A stretch of 32,000 bases of DNA from Patescibacteria group bacterium (GTDB lineage: Bacteria; Patescibacteriota; Patescibacteriia; 2-01-FULL-39-33), in NCBI GenBank assembly GCA_041662745.1, contig JBAZRV010000005.1, forward strand, positions 74,316 through 106,315. Reading direction: 5' to 3'. Below are positions 1-7,365 of the stretch, piece after piece. Positions within the stretch are counted from its first letter, which is position 1. Every line of letters begins with the position of its first letter. The notes beneath the pieces were generated by a model. It was given only the letters and a program-made list of their open reading frames with translations, did not search any database and had not been told where the DNA came from. The position numbers and the translations under genes were made by a program.

Positions 1-1
1 C

Positions 2-445
2 ACTTATGTTACCGGCGATGTCTCCATCCGAGGCAATAATAACTTAATCATTAACGGCGTCTTGGCCGCCGATGGCGACATTGAGCTGGGCGCCAACACC
101 CTACTATGCTGTTGGGGGCTTAACTGCGGCCGCAGCCACATTACCATTAATCGCGTCGGCTCCACCACCCCGGCCGGAATATTAAGCAAACAGGATGTCA
201 GTTTTGAACTTTGTTTGGACAGTTTCTCCGGCACCGGCCTGGTTTATGCCAATGACAAAATAAACATCTTAAGCCTGCCTAACAGCATTGGTTTGACCGG
301 CGGTTTAATCTCGCGCAAAATCACTCTGACCAGCATCTGGCAACCCATGATCATTACTTATGACAATAGCGTTGTCAATTATACTTTGGGCGACCCGCAA
401 TTCTCGCCGATTGTAACCGTTGAGCACTGGGAGGAAGAATACTGA
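2..445 (+). CDS. C-terminal 147 codons of a larger ORF entering from upstream; hypothetical repeat-rich (beta-helix-like) protein, possibly pilus-associated
   Basis: The frame with codons at 2,5,8... is open from the window edge to TGA 443-445. Track entry 62..445 is only the part after an internal TTG. Repetitive G/N-x-hydrophobic pattern (GDVSIRGNNNLIINGVLAADGDIELG). No family recognised; its position directly upstream of pilMNO is the only functional hint. Confidence 0.55.
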   Translation, partial: TYVTGDVSIRGNNNLIINGVLAADGDIELGANTLLCCWGLNCGRSHITINRVGSTTPAGILSKQDVSFELCLDSFSGTGLVYANDKINILSLPNSIGLTGGLISRKITLTSIWQPMIITYDNSVVNYTLGDPQFSPIVTVEHWEEEY

Positions 446-497
446 TGAACCGGACAATCAAAGTTAATAAAATCTAAAAAATTATAAACAATAAAAA

Positions 498-526
498 TTG
501 AGACCTTAAACAAAAAATGCTATAAT
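498..526 (+). promoter_or_regulatory. sigma70-type promoter of the pilM operon
   Basis: TTGAGA (498-503), 17-nt spacer, TGcTATAAT (518-526). About 58 nt upstream of the pilM ATG. Confidence 0.7.
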
Positions 527-584
527 ATAATCATTAAGCCAAACTTTTAACTTATAAATTATCGCCTTTGCCGGTTTTAACACT

Positions 585-1661
585 ATGTCCTTTTTTTCCA
601 CCGACGAATTGGCTTTCGGTCTGGATATCTCCGATCATTTCTTGCGGCTGATCCAGCTTAAGCGCTTCGGTAAAAAAATAAAAATCCAATTATTCAACGA
701 GGTGAAGTTGCCGCCGCAAACCGTGGTCAGCGGCAAAGTTGTCAATAGCCAATATTTTGTCCAAGCGCTGAAACAGCTCACCGGCACCAAACGCGGACTG
801 GGCGGATTAAGCAATGAAGCTGTCGTGGCCCTGCCTCAAGCCGGCACCTTTCTCAAAACCTTAGAAATTGCCGCCAACAATGAGGAGGAACTCCTGCCCA
901 AAATTGAGGAACTGTTGCCGCAAAGCCTGCCTCTGGCCCTGGAAGAGATCTACTACGATTGGCAAACCATTAAAAGCCAGGAGGGCGTTTACACCATTCT
1001 GGTCGGAGCCGCTCCGCGGGCATTGGTTGATTCATATTCTTCCGCCCTAAACAGCTTAGGCATCCTGCCGGTGGTATTTGAAATTGAAGCTATTGCCATC
1101 GCCCGATTGCTGGTTGAACGCGCCGGCGACACTCGGCCGCAGATTATTGCCGATTTGGGAGCTAACCGCAGCAGCCTGATCCTCTGCGAGGGATCTGACG
1201 TCAAATTCAACGTAACCCTGGCTTTGTCCGGCAAGCAGATTGACCAATATATCGCCGAATCGTTGGAATTGGATTTGGGTAAAGCCGAGCAAGCCAAGAT
1301 TATCTGCGGCTTAAGCCAGGATAAGTGCCATGGCGCCGTTCTGGAACTGCTCGTACCGCTAATTGACGAGCTGGCGACGCAAATCCTCCATGCTGTTGAT
1401 TTCTACCAAAATAATTTTTCCTCTCCGGGTTTAATTGAACAAATCCAGCTTTGCGGCGGTTTATCCGGACTGACGGGCTTAAGCCGAGAAATTAAAAATC
1501 GCCTTAATACGCCGGTTGTCAGCGCCGAACCGTTCAAAAATATCGTTAATCCCGATCCTCACTATTTCACGGCTGAAAAATCGCAATCTTTCGTTCCCGC
1601 CATCGGCCTGGCCCTGAGAGGCTTGTCGCCCAAAACTTTTTATGATCACAATCAGGCTTAA
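585..1661 (+). CDS. pilM: type IV pilus assembly ATPase-fold protein PilM
   Basis: 358-aa ORF with a PilM-like N-terminus (FGLDISDHFLRLIQLK) and actin/HSP70-like length and pattern. Followed by overlapping pilN- and pilO-like genes. Confidence 0.8.
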   Translation: MSFFSTDELAFGLDISDHFLRLIQLKRFGKKIKIQLFNEVKLPPQTVVSGKVVNSQYFVQALKQLTGTKRGLGGLSNEAVVALPQAGTFLKTLEIAANNEEELLPKIEELLPQSLPLALEEIYYDWQTIKSQEGVYTILVGAAPRALVDSYSSALNSLGILPVVFEIEAIAIARLLVERAGDTRPQIIADLGANRSSLILCEGSDVKFNVTLALSGKQIDQYIAESLELDLGKAEQAKIICGLSQDKCHGAVLELLVPLIDELATQILHAVDFYQNNFSSPGLIEQIQLCGGLSGLTGLSREIKNRLNTPVVSAEPFKNIVNPDPHYFTAEKSQSFVPAIGLALRGLSPKTFYDHNQA

Positions 1662-2211
1662 CTTGGTTCCGCCCAAGCAAAAAAATCAATTAAAAAACAA
1701 TCGCCTTTACCAAGCCGTCCAAGAGTCGCTGACCTTATTGTTTTTATTCGCCGCCATTATCAGTATTCTGCTTTTGATTTCCCGTTATTTCTTGGAACAG
1801 CAATTAAGCGAAATGATCACCCAAAATGCCGCCAATATTTATTCCAATCAGCTGGTCGCCAAAAAGATAAACGTCTTAAACCAAGAGATCAACGCCTCTT
1901 TGGGCATACAAAAAAATTACCAACCGGTAACTCCGATTATCTCCGCCATCTCCTACACCCTGCCGGCCAATGTCGCTATCAGCAGTTTGCGTTTTTTCCG
2001 CCAAGAAAGCCGAATAGAATTTTCCGGCAGTACCAAAACCCGAGATGACCTGATGAAATTTAAAAATTATTTGGATAAGGCCGATTGGCTCAGCGACGCC
2101 GAAATCCCCTTGTCCGCTTTAGTGCCCAAAGAAAACAATGCTTTCAGCATCAAAGCCAATATCAACTATCAGGCGCTAACGCCCACCAATGTATGTCCCG
2201 AATCAAAATAG
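1642..2211 (+). CDS. pilN: type IV pilus assembly protein PilN-like (bitopic membrane protein)
   Basis: 189 aa. N-terminal IRLNLVPPK resembles the conserved PilN INLLP motif, followed by one TM (LTLLFLFAAIISILLLI). The ATG overlaps the pilM 3' end by 20 nt. Confidence 0.7.
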   Translation: MITIRLNLVPPKQKNQLKNNRLYQAVQESLTLLFLFAAIISILLLISRYFLEQQLSEMITQNAANIYSNQLVAKKINVLNQEINASLGIQKNYQPVTPIISAISYTLPANVAISSLRFFRQESRIEFSGSTKTRDDLMKFKNYLDKADWLSDAEIPLSALVPKENNAFSIKANINYQALTPTNVCPESK

Positions 2212-2744
2212 ACAAAAAAATAATTTGGGCGCTTATCCTATTCTTGGCTTGGACAGCTTTGATTATTGTTATTATTTATCCTACGGCCAACAAAATTATC
2301 GCTATCCGCCAAGAGATACTCAAAGAACGCCAGGATTTGGAGAAAAAACTGGCCATGGGTCTTAATGCCAATAAAATCAAGGAAGAGGCCGATGCCGTGG
2401 AGAAAATAATGCCGGGACTGCGCCAAGTTTATATCAAGCCGGGGCAAGAGCTGGAATTTCTTAATTACCTTGACGGTTTAGCCGCCAAAAATAACCTGGC
2501 TATAGACATCAAGCCCGATTTCACCGGTAAAGCCCTTTCCCCGGAAATCACTCGTTTGCCGATTGAACTGATTTTATCAGGAAAATTTGAAAATGTTTTG
2601 ACAACCCTAAACGAATTGGAACGCCGAGACACTTATTTTATAATTGACGTTTTAAGCTTAACGGCGCAAAACGACGGTTTAGTGGCCGCCGCTGTCAGCG
2701 GTAACATTTATCGGCAAGAAAATAAAATCGCCGCCACCAAATAA
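2193..2744 (+). CDS. pilO: PilO-like type IV pilus assembly protein
   Basis: Start moved to ATG 2193 (MSRIKIDKKIIWALILFLAWTALIIVIIY...). Has a TM, a coiled-coil segment and an alpha/beta domain, which is the PilO topology. The track start at 2085 lies inside pilN in another frame. Overlaps the pilN end by 19 nt. Confidence 0.6.
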   Translation: MSRIKIDKKIIWALILFLAWTALIIVIIYPTANKIIAIRQEILKERQDLEKKLAMGLNANKIKEEADAVEKIMPGLRQVYIKPGQELEFLNYLDGLAAKNNLAIDIKPDFTGKALSPEITRLPIELILSGKFENVLTTLNELERRDTYFIIDVLSLTAQNDGLVAAAVSGNIYRQENKIAATK

Positions 2745-2745
2745 T

Positions 2746-3240
2746 ATGGGCTTAATGGAAAAAATAAAAAATATAACCCAAGTAAAGACTGAAATGGAAG
2801 AGACGGAACTGTCAGGTCCAAACAAGGCCAAAACCAACAAGATTAAGCTGGATTGGTTCTGGCTGGCCAGATTAATGTACCCCCTGACCATAATCGTTAT
2901 CGTTGTCATTTTGTTTATCGTCATGTCCTTCCTGTATCAACAGGTCTATCAGACAGCGACTCAGATGGATTTGTTGGCCGGGTTAAAAAGCAAGGTTATA
3001 GAAGTCCAAATCAATGGCAATTCCTTAAACCAGATCAAGGAACTGTTATGCCGGAAAACCTCCACGCCGGCCATCTGGCCCTTCAAAAATCCTTTTGTTT
3101 TTTCGCCAAACGATCCGCCCTTGCGGCCGTCAAATGATTTTCAACCCTTAAATATCATTAATAATTTGCTTAGCACCAGCACCGCCTCTTCCACTGCTCT
3201 TTCTTCCACCACCAAAGCTACCAGTACCATTAAAAATTAA
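2746..3240 (+). CDS. hypothetical single-TM protein with Ser/Thr-rich tail; fourth gene of the pil operon
   Basis: 164-aa ORF starting 1 nt after the pilO stop. One TM (LMYPLTIIVIVVILFIVMSFLY) and a C-terminal STSTASSTALSSTTKATST tract. Followed by a terminator. Confidence 0.6.
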   Translation: MGLMEKIKNITQVKTEMEETELSGPNKAKTNKIKLDWFWLARLMYPLTIIVIVVILFIVMSFLYQQVYQTATQMDLLAGLKSKVIEVQINGNSLNQIKELLCRKTSTPAIWPFKNPFVFSPNDPPLRPSNDFQPLNIINNLLSTSTASSTALSSTTKATSTIKN

Positions 3241-3282
3241 AAATCAAACAGATTATCAGCCGGGGGACATATTAATCGCACA

Positions 3283-3309
3283 AAAAGACGCCGATTTTCG
3301 GCGTCTTTT
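3283..3309. terminator. bidirectional rho-independent terminator between the convergent pil operon and iscS
   Basis: AAAAGACGCCG-attTT-CGGCGTCTTTT: perfect 11-bp stem with A/T runs on both sides. Confidence 0.85.
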
Positions 3310-3349
3310 ATTATCTTATTTATATTCTATTTTTCTAAACTATTCTAAG

Positions 3350-4558
3350 CTATTTCAGAGGCGACATGGCGCGGAGCTTCGCGATAATCGGCGGCAGTTC
3401 CTTAAGCAAGGCATCAACATCGGCTTTCTTAGAATAACGGCCTAAAGTAACGCGTAGCGACCCGTGAGCGACTTCCGGCGGCAAGCCAATGGCCAGAAGC
3501 ACATGGCTGGGTTCCAGTGATCCGGACGAACAGGCCGAACCCGTAGAAACGCAAATACCCTTTTGCGACAGCATCAATAAAACGCTCTCCCCCTCCACCC
3601 CCTCAATCACAAAGCTGGCATTATTGGGCAAACGCCTAATTAGGTCTCCGGTAACTCGGCAGTTCTTGATCTTTTTCGGCAAATTCTTCAGCAAATAATC
3701 CCTTAACTTTTTTATTTCCTTAATTTCCTTAACTCTAATTTTCTTGTCAGCAATCAACTCTACGGCTTTGCCCAGGCCGACAATGCCCGGAACATTGTAA
3801 GTGCCGGAACGGACCTGCCCTTGCTGGCCGCCGCCGTAAAATAACGGTTTCAAAGGCGTGCCTTTTCTGACAAACAAAGCACCCACGCCCTTGGGTCCGT
3901 AAATCTTATGCGCCGATAGCGACAACAGATCAACTTGCAGCTTAGCCGTATCGCAAGCCAAATAAGCCGGAGCTTGCGTGGCGTCAGTATGGAAATAAAT
4001 CTTTTGCCGGCGATTCTTGTTCAACTCGCCGATTATCTTACCTATCTCCTCTATGGGCTGGATAGCGCCGATCTCATTGTTGGCCAGCATAATGGAAACA
4101 AAAATCGTGTTATCCTTAATGGCTTTCTTCAATGCCGACGGATCAACTATACCCTTTTCGCCGACCGACAAGAAAGTCACTGCCACGCCGGACTTTTCCA
4201 AATGTTTGGCCGGCTCCAAAATAGCGTCATGTTCAATGGCCGAGATGATTATATGGGGCTTTTGGCCTGACTTTTCAATAAACCCTTGCGATAAAACACC
4301 CTTAATCACGCCCAGGACAGCCAAATTATCGCTCTCGGTGGCGCCGGAAGTAAAATAAACCTCATCAGTCCGGCAATTCAAAAACTTAGCCACCGCGACC
4401 CTGGCTTGATCAACCGCTTTGGCGGCAGAAATACCGGCCTGGTGCAGAGAACTGGCATTGCCGAAATTATCCTTAAGGCACGGCTCCATGGTTTTCACCA
4501 CTCGCGGATCAACCGGCGCAGTCGCGGCATAATCAAGATAAATTAATTTTTTAGGCAT
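3350..4558 (-). CDS. iscS: cysteine desulfurase (IscS/NifS class, PLP-dependent)
   Basis: 402 aa. PLP-lysine motif SAHKIYGPKG and catalytic-Cys loop STGSACSSG. Last gene of the iscR-iscU-nfu-iscS cluster. Confidence 0.92.
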   Translation of the reverse strand: MPKKLIYLDYAATAPVDPRVVKTMEPCLKDNFGNASSLHQAGISAAKAVDQARVAVAKFLNCRTDEVYFTSGATESDNLAVLGVIKGVLSQGFIEKSGQKPHIIISAIEHDAILEPAKHLEKSGVAVTFLSVGEKGIVDPSALKKAIKDNTIFVSIMLANNEIGAIQPIEEIGKIIGELNKNRRQKIYFHTDATQAPAYLACDTAKLQVDLLSLSAHKIYGPKGVGALFVRKGTPLKPLFYGGGQQGQVRSGTYNVPGIVGLGKAVELIADKKIRVKEIKEIKKLRDYLLKNLPKKIKNCRVTGDLIRRLPNNASFVIEGVEGESVLLMLSQKGICVSTGSACSSGSLEPSHVLLAIGLPPEVAHGSLRVTLGRYSKKADVDALLKELPPIIAKLRAMSPLK

Positions 4559-4605
4559 ATGATTGCAGTTTATGGCGCCTAGCCAATGATTGACGATTAA
4601 ATAAA

Positions 4606-4833
4606 TTAAACGTTTTCAATTTCCTTGACTTCGGGGACGCGTTCCATCACTACTTTGCCGATGCCTTCTTTTAGGGTGATGGCTGACATGGGGCAGCCAT
4701 GGCAAGCGCCTTGCAGGCGCACCGTTAACTTTCCCGACTTTTCATCAAAAGAAATGAATTCCACATCGCCACTGTCCATTTGCAGATGCGGTCTGAGTTC
4801 GTCCAGCACCGCTTTGATTTTTTGCTCTAACAT
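4606..4833 (-). CDS. NifU C-terminal-domain (Nfu-type) Fe-S cluster carrier
   Basis: 75 aa with the CHGCPMS (CxxC) motif and Nfu-like flanks (LRPHLQMDSGDVEFISF...). Confidence 0.85.
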   Translation of the reverse strand: MLEQKIKAVLDELRPHLQMDSGDVEFISFDEKSGKLTVRLQGACHGCPMSAITLKEGIGKVVMERVPEVKEIENV

Positions 4834-4847
4834 ATTTTGCTTTGTTA

Positions 4848-5240
4848 TTAATCTTTGGTTTGCTTTTTTCCTTCATACTCCTTGACTGCGGCGGCCAAAG
4901 CGTCGTGCGCCAGAATGGAACAATGCAATTTGGCTTCCGGCAATCCGTCCAATTCATTGGCAATATCCAGCTTGCCGACTTTCAGGGCTTCGGCAATGGT
5001 CTTGCCCTTAACCATTTCAGTCAACATGGACGAGGTGGCGATTGCGGCGCCGCAACCCAAGGTTTCAAATTTGATATCCTTAATGACATCCTCGCCTTGC
5101 TTATCGGCTTCCACTTTGATGTAAACCTTCATTACATCGCCGCAGACCGGATTGCCGACCTGCCCGACGCCGCTGGCGTTTTCAATGACGCCTTGATTGC
5201 GGGGGTGGGAAAAATGATCCATGACTTTTTCTGTATACAT
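4848..5240 (-). CDS. iscU: Fe-S cluster scaffold IscU/NifU N-terminal type
   Basis: 130 aa. Three conserved Cys contexts (NPVCGD, LGCGAAIATSS, KLHCSILA) and an HPRN motif. Confidence 0.92.
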   Translation of the reverse strand: MYTEKVMDHFSHPRNQGVIENASGVGQVGNPVCGDVMKVYIKVEADKQGEDVIKDIKFETLGCGAAIATSSMLTEMVKGKTIAEALKVGKLDIANELDGLPEAKLHCSILAHDALAAAVKEYEGKKQTKD

Positions 5241-5246
5241 ATTTAA

Positions 5247-5633
5247 TTATATTAAATTGCTTAGCTTATATTTTTTTAGCGTCTTAATCACATCGCCTTG
5301 CACTTGGAGCCAGACGCGGCGAGTCAGGCAATTTTTGGTTGAACAATTGCTAGACATGCATTGATTGACCGCCACTGAACCTTCCAACGCCTCCACGATC
5401 TCCAATAAGTTAATCCGGCCGGCGGAACGCGACAAAGCATAACCGCCTTCGGCGCCCTTGATACTTTTGACCAATTTGGCTTGCTTCAGCTTGGCAAACA
5501 GCTGTTCCAAATAAGACAATGACAAACCGGTAACTCGGGCGATTTCCGCCAAAGAAATCGGACGTTGAGCCTGATTTTCAGCCAAAATTACCAAAGCCTT
5601 AAGCCCATATTCGGTTTTAGTGGTAAACAGCAT
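5247..5633 (-). CDS. Rrf2-family transcriptional regulator (IscR-like)
   Basis: 128 aa. Rrf2 N-terminal wHTH (TKTEYGLKALVILA, SLAEIARVTGLSLSYLEQLFAKL). C-terminal Cys cluster CMSSNCSTKNC. First gene of the isc operon. Confidence 0.88.
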   Translation of the reverse strand: MLFTTKTEYGLKALVILAENQAQRPISLAEIARVTGLSLSYLEQLFAKLKQAKLVKSIKGAEGGYALSRSAGRINLLEIVEALEGSVAVNQCMSSNCSTKNCLTRRVWLQVQGDVIKTLKKYKLSNLI

Positions 5634-5647
5634 AATCGTTTAATTCC

Positions 5648-5698
5648 TACTAAATTACTTGGTATTAGTATTATAGCAACATAAAAACCGGCTGTCAA
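5648..5698 (-). promoter_or_regulatory. isc operon promoter with candidate Rrf2 operator
   Basis: On the minus strand: TTGACA (5698-5693), 17 nt, TGcTATAAT (-10 at 5675-5670). An inverted repeat TACTAA-11 nt-TTAGTA (5648-5670) abuts the -10 and covers the predicted transcription start. Confidence 0.65.
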
Positions 5699-5708
5699 GA
5701 GCCGGTTT
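5685..5708 (-). terminator. rho-independent terminator downstream of the C39-like peptidase gene
   Basis: AAACCGGCT-cttgac-AGCCGGTTT followed by TTTTTAT on the minus strand. The loop carries the -35 hexamer of the isc promoter. Confidence 0.8.
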
Positions 5709-5716
5709 ATAATAAG

Positions 5717-6580
5717 CTATCTGCTGACAACAATCATCACTTTCCGCCCCTGGATCATTTCGGCGTCAGTCATGCCATCGGCGGCCAAAAGCGGATTCCA
5801 ATCATGCACGGCGTTCAACAATGTGGCATAGCCATAGCGATAACCATTGCCCTTTCTGGTGCCGGGATCATTGGTCACAAACTCGCTGCCGGTCCAACCC
5901 TTAATTACCAACATATGATAAATCGGGCCCGGCGCTTTAAAATTGGGATTACCCAGCAAACGGCCGGCGGCCGGAATCAGAACCAAACGGCCCTTAAAAA
6001 TTTCCGTTTTTATCCGTTCCGTTGTCACTTCAGAAACTATTTCGGCTTTTAAACCGAAATATAACTGCAGTACGGTAACGGTTTCCTCGGCAGTCAGATC
6101 AACCTGGTAACCCTTGCCCGATTCCCATTTGACCAGCTTCTGAATTTCTTCTTCCATAATGCTTTCATCCAAAGGCTGAGTCTTATAAAACCTGTCGGCC
6201 ATAATCATGGACGCCTCCTCGCAGGCCTCTTCATGCAAGGCGTCCCAGTTGGCAAAAGGAGCTTGCTGGGCAAAACTGACATTCAATTGATAACTCTTGG
6301 GCATTGACTGGGCCGGAACGGCAACCGTTCCAGTTTGAGTCGGCTTGGTTGCGATCGGCCGAGTGACGGACTGAGCAGCGGGTTGAGAATTTTGGGTCGC
6401 TGGAGCGGTAAGATTTGAACTGTCCGAAACAGCTGTTGCCGGCGTTGCCGTTGAAAGAGCCGTGATCGGCGTTGCCTGCCTGTCACAACCGGCCAAACCA
6501 AAAATCATCAGGCTGATGATGCCGAAAACAAAAATATAAAAATTGAAAATATTTTTCTTCATAAGTTTAACATTGTTCAC
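5717..6580 (-). CDS. secreted lipoprotein with C39-like (papain-fold, BtrH/C39_2-type) peptidase domain
   Basis: 287 aa. Lipobox LAGC. Low-complexity Thr/Ala/Pro linker. Domain beginning YQLNVSFAQQAPFANWDALHEEACEEASMIM, which I recognise as the C39-like family pattern (recalled, not searched). Confidence 0.65.
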   Translation of the reverse strand: MNNVKLMKKNIFNFYIFVFGIISLMIFGLAGCDRQATPITALSTATPATAVSDSSNLTAPATQNSQPAAQSVTRPIATKPTQTGTVAVPAQSMPKSYQLNVSFAQQAPFANWDALHEEACEEASMIMADRFYKTQPLDESIMEEEIQKLVKWESGKGYQVDLTAEETVTVLQLYFGLKAEIVSEVTTERIKTEIFKGRLVLIPAAGRLLGNPNFKAPGPIYHMLVIKGWTGSEFVTNDPGTRKGNGYRYGYATLLNAVHDWNPLLAADGMTDAEMIQGRKVMIVVSR

Positions 6581-7244
6581 TATGACTTTCTTGTGAGGTA
6601 ACTATATCAGTCGCCGTACTGCCGGACACTTGTACCGTGCCCAAGTAAAGAGTTTCAGTGCAACATTGCCCATCCATAAAACGGAAATCATACTTGCTGC
6701 TGGCGGTTTCCGTCAGCATAATGCCGTTAAGCTGCTTGATCTTATTATAAACCTCCAAATCGGTTTTCAGCGAATATTTTTGCCGCAAAAATTCAGCCAA
6801 CCCCTTATTATCAGCAATCATGCTCTGGATCGCCACTTCCGGTACGGTTATGGCCGAGCCGTAACAGATGCCCGGTTTATATTTATCAACCAAATGCATT
6901 TTGGCAATCAGTTGCGGGGTGATTACAAATTTGCTCTCAACCGGAACGGAGGCCGAACCGGAACTGCCGGCCAATGCCTGAGCCAAACTCTGATCGGGAT
7001 AATAGCGCTTAACCTCGGCCGGCGCCGGCGCGCTGGAATCGGAGGCGGGAACTGTCGCGAGCGACTGGTTAATTGCCGGCGATCCGACTGCCGGCGCGGT
7101 TACTGCCGGAACAGAAGCGGTTGCGGCGGATTGCCGTTCAACGCCGGCAACGGTCAAATCTGTCGGTTTGAATTTTTGATAAACGCCAAAGCCGATCATT
7201 AGAACACACAAAAAAATTATGCTTAAAGTTATAACGTTTTTCAT
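6567..7244 (-). CDS. hypothetical secreted/membrane-anchored protein
   Basis: 225 aa. N-terminal TM/signal (ITLSIIFLCVLMIGFGVY), an Ala/Ser/Pro linker and a Cys-containing C-terminal domain. Overlaps the downstream peptidase gene by 14 nt. Own promoter at 7263-7291. Confidence 0.6.
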   Translation of the reverse strand: MKNVITLSIIFLCVLMIGFGVYQKFKPTDLTVAGVERQSAATASVPAVTAPAVGSPAINQSLATVPASDSSAPAPAEVKRYYPDQSLAQALAGSSGSASVPVESKFVITPQLIAKMHLVDKYKPGICYGSAITVPEVAIQSMIADNKGLAEFLRQKYSLKTDLEVYNKIKQLNGIMLTETASSKYDFRFMDGQCCTETLYLGTVQVSGSTATDIVTSQESHSEQC

Positions 7245-7262
7245 AGTAGTGTTACTGCTTAT

Positions 7263-7291
7263 ATTATAACAAAAAACCTATAACTTGGTAA
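7263..7291 (-). promoter_or_regulatory. sigma70-type promoter for the 6567..7244 gene
   Basis: Minus strand: TTACCA (7291-7286), 17 nt, TGtTATAAT (-10 at 7268-7263), then ATAAGCA. Confidence 0.6.
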
Positions 7292-7311
7292 TAGCTATTA
7301 TTCATACATCA

Positions 7312-7345
7312 AAACCCCGAGGCAGCAAGAGGCGTCGCGGGGTTT
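7312..7345 (-). terminator. putative terminator after uvrA
   Basis: Minus strand: AAACCCCG-18 nt loop-CGGGGTTT followed by TTTTG. GC-rich 8-bp stem, but the loop is large. Confidence 0.5.
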
Positions 7346-7365
7346 CTAATTACCCAAATTATATT

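Noticed and set aside
2085-2192. Upstream part of track ORF 2085..2744
   Set aside because: It lies entirely inside pilN in a different frame. The PilO-like protein begins sensibly at ATG 2193, with basic residues followed by a TM helix.
4842-5246. 134-aa + strand ORF antisense to iscU (also 4855..5124 and 4625..4885)
   Set aside because: These are mirror-frame ORFs opposite well-supported, motif-bearing genes, with no start signals of their own.
6630-7202. 190-aa Arg/Gly-rich + strand ORF
   Set aside because: It is antisense to the Ala/Ser/Pro-rich linker of the 6567..7244 gene. Its composition is the expected mirror artefact.
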